The notes below the pieces were generated by a model. That model searched no databases and had not been told where the DNA came from. It was given only the letters and a program-made list of their open reading frames with translations. The translations under genes and the position numbers were made by a program. Positions 38,214-47,476 of a DNA stretch of 64,000 nucleotides are shown in pieces (position 1 is the first letter of the stretch; every line of letters begins with the position of its first letter). Source of the DNA: Iphione sp. A-MEVVRFRX5 (taxonomy: Eukaryota); contig OZ320313.1 of assembly GCA_976226885.1 (NCBI GenBank), forward strand, positions 64,914,001 to 64,978,000, in the 5' to 3' direction.

Positions 38214-39027
38214 GTTTAGTGTATGAAATATAATGCTGTTGCGGGAAGACATGCAGTTTGATGTGAAACACTATTCTGTGTCACACGTGTCTGACATGTA
38301 TAACTTGTCTGTGTTTTAGGGTTGAAACGTGCATTTCCTGGTGCATTGTCCTCATGCAATACACTACTCTCTAAGGACCTTGATGGCTCCAGCCATGCTA
38401 TTGAGGGTGTATGCTCATTTGTTGTCAGGGTAATAAATGATCCTAGCCCATTGCTAATCGTTGTCTGCCATAAACATTTCATGGGCCTAAGGATTTTGTT
38501 TGTAGTGGTGCGTTTTAAAGAAAGTAATCATTCATTCTTTTGTGCGCCTTTCTGATATGGGGATGTCGTGAACAGGTGTGATTCAGGAAAGACTGTGACC
38601 TCCCGAGGTCAAGAACAATTAGGCAAATGGGAGGAACTAGGCCTTCAAGTGTCTAGTTTTATATCAAAAACCCGTGAAAGAAATGTATAAGCACGTCTCA
38701 TTTCCATCTCATTCAAACAGTCGTTCTCAGATTGATGACCGAAAACCTTGTGTTTTACCACGCGTGATGTAGCTATGGCGTGCACAAACTGGTTTTTAAG
38801 AAGAAAGGAAACGTACACCTTCCTGGAGTTGTCATGGGAAAACGTGGTTTTCCCACCGGTCGAAAAGTATGAGGCGATTTACCAACCATAGAGACTGCTG
38901 TTATAGCTTGATCAGAAACACTCATATATATGCAGGTTGACATGTATATATCGGTTGCTGAAATACAGGAAGAACAGTTCATTAGATGTTCATTAAGATA
39001 AGTTTCTGTTGCTCTGTTGTGATATAG

Positions 39028-40432
39028 GATCCAGCGAGCATGGCGGCAATATAAGCGTCATAAGGACGGCGCCGGAAATAGGACGGGTTCCGGGTCAGCA
39101 TCGGCGGCGTCAGCGGACGATTACAACGACGACGAGGACGACGACGACGATGAGGAAGACTACGAGGAAGACGACCTTATTGCCCCACAGCGGCGGCGCG
39201 GCCGACGGCGACTGCGGTCGGCGGGAGGGCGGCGCGTTCCGGGGACGCCCAACAACAATATGTCCCCACAGCTGTCGGAGCCTGAGGAGTTGAGTGACAC
39301 GGAGAGTGCGCCCTACGATGGCCAACAGGCTATGTCGGTGTCCACTCCTGAGGACAGCGAGAAGAATCTGAACGACGAGGACGAAGACGAAGAGGACGAC
39401 GAGGAGGTGGACGATATACACAGTGATTCAGAGCACGACAAAGCGGGAGCCGGCCGACAGCAGCAACAGCAACAGCAGCAAGAGGACGACCACCGCCATT
39501 ACGACCATGCCCCCGCGCGCGCCGCCAGCCGCGGCGGAACTGCTCGCGCCGATGAGGCGGAGCCCTGCGGGGTACGCAGTGCCGAGCAGGCGGCCAGCGC
39601 AGAGGCAGGCGGGGCAGGCGGCCGCTGGATCGAGCCGGAGCCAGACTCGGTGGTGTCGGACTACTCGGAAATGGCCGACCCGCTCAAGGAGCACCTGGCC
39701 AACGTGCAGATCATCCAGAAGGAGGACCTCGATGTCGGGAACACCATGTTCCCTAACCAGTTTAGTGTGGGTCAGAAGATAATGCGCAGCCCGGACGAGA
39801 CGGAGGAGGAGTTTACCCGCCGCCTGAGGAAGATCAACTATCTCAGCCTGGCGCAGGAGTTCGCCGCGCTGAAGAAGATCGACGCCGACGCGCTGCCTTT
39901 CGACCTCCACAAGGGCGGAGTGCAGGATCTGCGTCCTATGCAGGGTGACTACAGCCCCATGAGTGATTCCAGCTCGGAGGAGGCGGAGGGTACCGATCAC
40001 TCGGCCGCCACTACCCCAATGGACGCGGTGGCCGGGCCCATGGCGGCCGTAGGGGTGAGGCCGGCCTCGGGCGCCGCGCTGGCCCTGACTAAACTTACCG
40101 AGCGCTTTGAACGCGCCATCAACCCCAAAGACGCCTGGTCGGCCGACGTGCCGACAAAAGCTGCTTCGAAAGCAGCCACCACCGCAAAGCCTGGTGATGG
40201 TAACACTAAGGCCACTGACATAAGCCAGACTTGGGCCGAGGACCAGCCTGACTCTGAGAGCCAAGAGGTAGTACCAGCCGCTCAGCGGCAGGTGCCGTCA
40301 GCCAGCCCCGGCAGCGAGAAGCTTGGCGACTTCGACGTGTACAACATAGAGAGCACCTTGCCACAGCTCGATTGGTCCATGCTGGAAGAGCAGCTCCACC
40401 GTGCCGCTGAAGAGGAGCGACAGAAACAAAGG
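39028..40432 (+). CDS. SCHIP1: Large internal coding exon of a schwannomin-interacting protein 1 homologue carrying an IQ motif (IQCJ-SCHIP1-like); gene is partial
   Basis: The ORF-track frame starting at 39260 stays open upstream to an acceptor (ctgttgtgatatAG|G, AG at 39026-39027) and ends at a donor (CAAAGG|GTGAGT, GT at 40433). Translation begins IQRAWRQYKRHK (39029-39064), resembling the IQ motif of vertebrate IQCJ (IQRAWREY as recalled). It contains two acidic tracts and ends FDVYNIESTLPQLDWSMLEEQLHRAAEEERQKQR, resembling SCHIP1 PPMDWEALEKHL. The exon is GC-rich with GC3 bias against an AT-rich background. Confidence 0.8.
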
Positions 40433-40483
40433 GTGAGTAGTAGTTCATTTTGTATACAAACATCACAAAGCGTCTGTCTCCTT

Positions 40484-40484
<1 letters not shown>

Positions 40485-40516
<32 letters not shown>

Positions 40517-40532
40517 GTCTTTCTCTTCTGTC
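40485..40532. repeat. (CTGT)n microsatellite abutting the assembly gap
   Basis: Directly visible. Confidence 0.9.
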
Positions 40533-40704
40533 NNNNNNNNNNNNNNNNNNNNNNNNNNNNNNNNNNNNNNNNNNNNNNNNNNNNNNNNNNNNNNNNNNNN
40601 NNNNNNNNNNNNNNNNNNNNNNNNNNNNNNNNNNNNNNNNNNNNNNNNNNNNNNNNNNNNNNNNNNNNNNNNNNNNNNNNNNNNNNNNNNNNNNNNNNNN
40701 NNNN
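40533..40704. other. Assembly gap (172 N)
   Basis: Run of N inside the intron following the 40432 donor. Confidence 0.99.
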
Positions 40705-41136
40705 ATTCACGCAGGGGGCACACATACAAACCGATACGAATAAGCTTGATTCCTCCCCAACGAAAATTACAAACAAATGATACTCTTGACTAACAATCAT
40801 TCTGGGCCCTACAAGTACCGTAGCCACCGATAAGACGTGTTGTGTACTGGAGATAACGATGCCCTTGCGGCTAATGAGAGGGGGCACATTTTATTATTGT
40901 GATTAGCGTACAAATCTGTACATACAGAAGTAGCGCTCGTTTCTATTTTTAGTTGTCCAGCATGTGCCAATGGCCTTTGAACTGTTATCTGTATAGAGGC
41001 GAGACACAGCAGGCATGTACTGGCGATCACTTAACCACGAGGCGTTTACAGAAGTCAGAACATTCGGGATTCTGAAATCGACCCTCAGATCGACATTTGT
41101 TTACTTTAAGAATATTCACAACTTTACATATCATAG

Positions 41137-41208
41137 ATTACCGAAGAAAATAATAGAGATCGAAGGATCAACAGATTTGGCAATATGTATGGAGGATATC
41201 GTTTCCAG
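41137..41208 (+). CDS. Possible symmetric 72-nt cassette exon (ITEENNRDRRINRFGNMYGGYRFQ)
   Basis: Acceptor tttacatatcatAG|, open phase 0-0 frame, donor CAG|GTGAGA. No homology recognised. Confidence 0.22.
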
Positions 41209-44200
41209 GTGAGATAATTTACGAAAAATGCTCTAATGGCGTCCTCAACAGTCACCGCATCTGTATCTCTCTGCTAATTGTTTAAATACTCGCCTATTCT
41301 TTTCCCTTCTGTCTGCTTCTCTCTTCTTGATCTCTTTCTGCCTCTCTGTATCAGTATCAGTCTGTTCCTGTGTGTCCCTTTTCCGCTCAACGGTTTACTT
41401 TCATATTTCGTCGGGATCAACGCAGAATTTCACACGATCTACAGGGTGTTGTTTAATGTGCTATTTTCACTTCGTGCAGCAATCTGCAGATTGTCGTGGA
41501 ATGTTGAACATAACGTGGCCCGATCGTCCGTCTGTCTGTTTGTATGTGTCTTGCTGTCTGTCTTTCTCTGACAGTGTACATGTATCTTGATCGCCCGACT
41601 TTTTAGTTTTCCTTGTACAATATTACCATATGTTTCACATTTGGTTGATCCATGGTAGCATGTACATTTACATAAATGTCAGTGTAGGATAAATGAAAGT
41701 CGGATACAGATACATATTAAAGTTTCATATATTTTAAATCAGCCAAAGAAATGTAGAAATTAATTGCTGTATTCTTTCTTTCTTTCTTTCTTTCTTTCCT
41801 AAGAAGATACGGGTTTATAATTTGTTGTTTGGAAATTATTCGTTTTAATAATACACGTTGTCCTCGCTAAGGTGTATGTAGCTCTAGCTTTGAGGGCGAA
41901 CCTGCGAATCGACATACGCATGCTTGATCGGACACTCAAACGCGGCCACTGATTCATGCGAATTAGCTTTCAATTAGGGCGCGGCTGCTTGATGATTTGA
42001 CATAACCAAGGACAGCGCTGTTTTGACAGTAGTTTATTGCTCTTTAATATAACCTGTTGCACTCAGGCGTTAGATCAGATTTGATCAGCAAATAGTGTAG
42101 ATTACTGTCTTATATCAAATGTGTCCCCTAAGCTCGGACTTGATATAGGAACAATGTTAATGATTCTGTCATGCCTCTAAGTTTGTAGCAGGTTCATCAA
42201 TTGACTCAGGCTTATCTAGTGGTGTCTCGGCTTGGAGGTACAGTAAAATCTCGCATTCAGGATGGCCGGGGAATCTGGACATCGCACATTCTGGACAGAT
42301 TCCAGACGGAACGGAGTGCTTTCTATATTTTTAGTGCTAGGGAGATTTCAGCTAATCCGGATATTCAAATATACCAGACAATTACTTGGGGGCAGTCAGA
42401 GATCACAATATAAAATGAGATACGTGTATTCCACTGGCTGTAGGGGACACAGATGTGAGGACAGTACCGCACACTGCTTTGCTTCATATGTTTTCGAGAC
42501 TGAAACTCATTGTGAGGACAAACTTGTGCGAGGGACGATATAGACAGCCATTCATGAAAAACCACACAGTATGGTAAATAACCGATGAAAAGCTACACAG
42601 TGTGGTAAATTACTCTTGAGAAACTGAACTACAAAGTAATAACGTCGTGGACACCGCACATGTAAATAGTAAATAACCCACGAAAACTGAAGTAACTGCA
42701 CTACATGTAAATAGTAAATAACCCTACAAAACGCGCACTATGTCCTATCTCATAGTAAAACATAGAACCACGGATGCCCGGATTAGTGGGATTCGGCTGT
42801 AATCTAATCATATTTATAATGTATATGAAGACTACCCACATATTATACAATGTAATTACAAATCTTGTGTCGACGTGCCTAGGTGATTTATTGTAGAAGT
42901 GCAAGCGAAGTTCCAGGCTACAAATCTGTAATGTATTCGTTCATGAAAGCGTTGTAGTCGTGGTGAATAGAACATGGTATGCGATAGATAATGCAGGCCC
43001 CAAACAGTCATGTATGCGTCAGGTTTCGATGTAACTCGCGCCTAGCGAACTACAATTAGCAGTAAGCACCACACAAAGAACTCCACCCAAATCTATCAAT
43101 GGCACAGGAAATAGCCACAAAAAATGTATTAGCGCGCTTAACCTCTTTACAGTAATGTCCAGGGTATCTTGATGAGTCCCAGGTGTCTCGTACTCGAATA
43201 AACCTGATACATCAACATCTCTTCAAGATTTCAATTGTCCCGTACTGTGACCGCTATTGTAGGCACAGGTTTGGCCATGTGCAGTTGAAGCGTATGCGAA
43301 CCATGATATGCCAGGTGGACTGCGAATGGGAGGACAGAGGGAAACAGACAGGTTGACAGCGACATACAGATAAACAGAAATAGAGACACGGAAGAGTAAA
43401 CCTGCCATGTATCACTTCTGTTATCCATTCTCTTAGTCTCTTTTCATGAACCTTGTCACCATGTCTTGGTGGATCGGATGTCAACAGCCGTAATTTTATT
43501 GAAAAAAATACACCGCTCGAAGGAAAGAGATTGAGAGAAGAAAGTAAACTAACATTATAACCTATAAAAATTTTCTATGTGATGAAGACTGCACTTAACA
43601 GACGAAAGTTTGTCTGATTCATATCGCTTTGCCAAAAATCAAAACGTTGGCACACTTTCGACGTTTCTGACCGTCTTCCGGATATACATTTTTGTAAAGA
43701 TAAAAAATGATGATGTCCACAAGCTAATGTTGAGTCATAAAATTTCAGTGAGAACTGCAGTGAGAGTACCGCCACTGTCCGCCTGAATGTAGAGGACTAC
43801 ACTGTTGCTCTCTCCTATCAAAGTTAAGAAGGACACTCTATTAGAAGCCTGTAGCGGCATGTACACGACATAAAAAGGGGTTATCTACCCCAAGGGGAAG
43901 TTGGAGGCGTAGAATGCCCCTTGGCTATTACTTGCTGTCCGCGAGAGTGCTCCAACATGGGGATTCCCGGCACCACGCCGAGTATTCCAATAAATTTAAG
44001 AGCCAATCTGTTACAACACAGATTTCGCCAATGCCTTTCACCTCTGGCCAGGAAATGCCACAAACGTCCTGTTCCAGTGGCCCTTTAAGGTCTTTTTCAA
44101 CAGGTTTAAGAGGTTACTTGTGTATTAGTCTGTGATTTAGTATGGATTTTCTACATATTCTGAGAATCCCAAATCATTCGCTATATATTTCCTCTAAACT

Positions 44201-46514
44201 AGTTTAGATATGCCTTAAGAGGAAGTGGCTTTTAGAAGCTTCTGTATGTGAATAGCAGAATATAGCTCTGCTGTTGTGTACAACGTATGGTGCTTAACGG
44301 TATGAGGGAAGTACTTTCTAAGATATCCGTACATGTCATGAAGCATACTGGAGTTATTCCCACAATATATAAAAACTAAAAACAAATATGACATGAAAAT
44401 ACTTTGGAAAAAAAATCGCAAGTAAAAATATCAAAGGGGAAGGAGGGGGGGGGGAGTTACAGGAAACAATCATGCATACCTATGCCTTGATATCAAAGTG
44501 TTGCATTATATCTCTCAAACAGTTTTAGAATTCCATTTACATAGGTACACATTTGGAATAAGAAGACAAATTGTACTACATGAACTTGAGTGCTCAACTG
44601 AATGGGTATATAAATTGGTGAATAGGCGCCGTACGTATCCATATATGACATTATGTGGACAGAAAATTGGATTTGTGTTATAAAATTCCTTCGACGACTT
44701 TGTATTTAGGCAAGTTTGGAGTAATGATACCTGCAATTCCTATGTTACTATAATGTTTCCCTTGAAATTAACCGCAGATCAAAGTGTTAATACTTCTAGT
44801 TTATGTTTCACCATCCACCCTCCATACATCCAGGCCCATTTCATGTACATCTGTGCGCATGTTGCGTGTATAGTGCAGGGAAGAGAATGTTTAGCCTAGG
44901 CATGATATACTACTCACACACTACTTGTTATGCACGAGACAGATCTTAAGGAAATGATCATATAATAAAATTATAAGAATCATGCCCCATGCCCCTCGCA
45001 CTATCGACATTGTCCCACAGAGGCGTGTGAAAATGTCTTTAATAGCCCAGTAGGCGATTCGCTGTAAGATTTCTCTGCAAGAAACAATCTTATTGAAAAT
45101 GAACTGAAGATTAGATACGCTAACTGCGATGGCCGCATAAGGTGTGTACGACAAAGGCTGGGAATTTAATTAACATGGAGTAAGGACGCCCGGAAATTAA
45201 GCCAGTATACCAAGGCAGCTGCTAAACAGTATCAGGAGATGACACCACCAGTGAAGGCCAGATTCCGACAATCTTACTACCCTGCAACCAACTTCTATTT
45301 GGTAGAATTTTGTGATGAATGGGCTGATAGATCAGGAGATGTCTCTGTTTGTTGTAGAGCTGGCGCATTGGACCTGTCCGTTGACTTATTCTAAAAGGTC
45401 GGGGGTGGGGTGGGTGGGGGGGAGAGCGTTTGTGATCATAGGACGCCAGACACTGTTTGGACGCTTCAAGCTGGAAACTACTGTTCCATGGACATTGTTG
45501 ATGGCATCAAATGCACATCAAGTACTAAATGCAAGTTTCAACAGCCAGACAACCCCACGACCGTTAGGTCACTTCTCTATACACTGGGAAACGAGTATAA
45601 GTGATTGACTGTACCTCGTGTCGCCTTGTACGAATGTAGCTCTTTTAAAGGCCACCGGAAGCTGTCATTCTCTTAGAGAGACCTGATTAATTTGTTCACA
45701 GTTTTCATAAATGTACAAAGCGCATATATAGGAGTATGTATTGCATCGTTGTTATCCCCATAAATGCAGCAAACCGAGTTATAAACTATGTACGTGCGAC
45801 TGCCCTCTGAAATTAAAGCGGGGGAACATCAGCAATGAAAACTTGTATGGCAGGCGCAGCATGTCGGCCTCTGACCTCATCTAGAGGTACTGCATTACGA
45901 CAGGGTTGTTCGTTAACATGCTGAACAAATTACTCTAGGAGGATGTAAACATTCCCATAATCTACTCCGAACTTTGAACCATAAAGTAAACAGTCGAATT
46001 TCCAGCGAGTCGTATGTGTATCAGGTGGTAATCCAGGTTACTGTTTTTTTTCACGCTTCGCATGAGAGCTGGTTTCTAAAGTAGGAAGTGTATAGTTTGT
46101 CCTGTTCTCTTTTATTTACATACATTATATACTTAACCGCTGACATACAAAGGCTGACGTTACAGTTACACAAGGTCGCATACATCGACTTATCTATAAC
46201 ATGACTCACCAGGAACCTCTTCAGTGGTTATGAGGACACAGAATAAATGTCAACACTTTACTTTTACAAGTATTTGGATACTGACCTACATTTATATTTC
46301 TTGTTAATAGGATCTAGTCTTCGGATAATCGTGCAGGCTCCTTTGCATACACTCATAGGTACATTACGCGCGCACGCACGCATGCACACACACACACACA
46401 CACAGACACTTACACACAAATGCGCACGCGTACTCGCGTTTGATTTCGAACGTTCTAAAGGGAACAACTGTCAAACAGCACAACCTGTATGCATTCCATC
46501 CGCGATGAAATATA

Positions 46515-47074
46515 CAGTGAAACCCCTCTACAGCGGACATTTGTGGGACTGTCCTCAAAGCGTTCGTTGTCAGGGGTGTCCGCTGTGGCCGATCAGTACT
46601 CTGTGTGTGCGACCATCAAAGAAGTCATTGAGAACAGTTCCTCCATGGTGCTGGGACAGGGTCGCACCTCTACGAGGTGTGGGCGACCACAAAGAAGTCA
46701 TTAGGAACAGTTCCTCCATGATGTCGGGACAGAGTCGCCCCTCTACCAGGTGTGGGCGACCACAAAGAAGTGGTTAGGAACAGTTCCTCCAGGGTGCCAG
46801 GACAGGGTCACACCTCTGCTAGGTGTGGAGACTCATCAAAGAAACGTCTGGAGCAGGTTCTCCAGGGTGTGTGTCCATTGTAGACCTCTTAGAATCAAGG
46901 TTTGGGACTGTCCACATACTGTCCGAAGGTGGGGTGTCCGCTGTCCGTGAGTGTCCGCTGTGTCCGGGCTGTATTAAACATAATATAGAGGGTTTTTGTT
47001 GGGGACTGTCCTTCAGGCGTCCGTTGTAGGGGTCGTCCGTTGTGTCCGGGCGTCCGCTGTGAGGGTCTCCACTG
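46515..47074. mobile_element. Non-autonomous Tc1/mariner-pogo-type DNA transposon (MITE), 560 bp
   Basis: Imperfect TIRs: left CAGTGAAACCCCTCTACAGCGGAC, right end reverse-complement CAGTGGAGACCCTCACAGCGGAC. TA on both sides (46513-46514, 47075-47076). Confidence 0.8.
46609..46870. repeat. About 73-bp tandem repeat, about 3.5 copies, inside the MITE
   Basis: Unit GCGACCACAAAGAAGTCATTAGGAACAGTTCCTCCA...GGACAGGGTCGCACCTCTAC.AGGTGTGG starts at 46609, 46683, 46756 and 46829. Confidence 0.9.
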
Positions 47075-47295
47075 TATTCAGCTGTACTTTAGGTCAAGAG
47101 AATGCTTATATTCTCTAGTGGATATATGTAGTTGCACTGAAGAAATTCGGGTACTTCCGCAGTAGCTCTCTGCTTATATTCACACAAATGGTTTGGTAGC
47201 CTTATGTCAACCAGAGGTATCCCAAGCAAGAGCACCTGTGCACCGTTCGTGTCCCGGCCACTGCATACAGAAAACGACGTACGACACACAGCCAC

Positions 47296-47316
47296 ACACA
47301 CAACCACACACACACA

Positions 47317-47358
<42 letters not shown>
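47296..47358. repeat. (CA)n microsatellite
   Basis: Directly visible; lies about 90 bp upstream of the 47447 ATG. Confidence 0.95.
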
Positions 47359-47360
<2 letters not shown>

Positions 47361-47446
47361 AAGCAGCTGCAGTAGCACGGTAGGATGACACAGGGCAGCG
47401 TGTTTTCGTGAGCACCCTCCCAGCCTAAGTCACCGCTCCACACACC

Positions 47447-47476
47447 ATGGGCATCTCCCAAAGCAGGCTCCAGGAG
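47447..47476 (+). CDS. Candidate alternative first coding exon (MGISQSRLQE) for a short SCHIP1 isoform
   Basis: Consensus Kozak (cacaccATGG), 10 codons, consensus donor GAG|GTGAGT in phase 0 (same phase as the 40432 donor), local GC-rich context. Confidence 0.35.

Noticed and set aside
39428-40264. 278-aa antisense ORF and other overlapping ORFs (39423-39782 +, 39110-39421 -)
   Set aside because: Shadow ORFs caused by the GC3 codon bias of the SCHIP1 exon.
39260-40780. 506-aa ORF as listed in the ORF track
   Set aside because: It reads through the donor at 40433 into microsatellite and N gap, and misses the in-frame IQ motif upstream of 39260; the exon 39028-40432 is the better unit.
46609-46870. 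CRISPR-like appearance of the 73-bp and 41-bp arrays
   Set aside because: Units are contiguous diverged tandem copies without unique spacers, the context is eukaryotic, and there are no cas genes.
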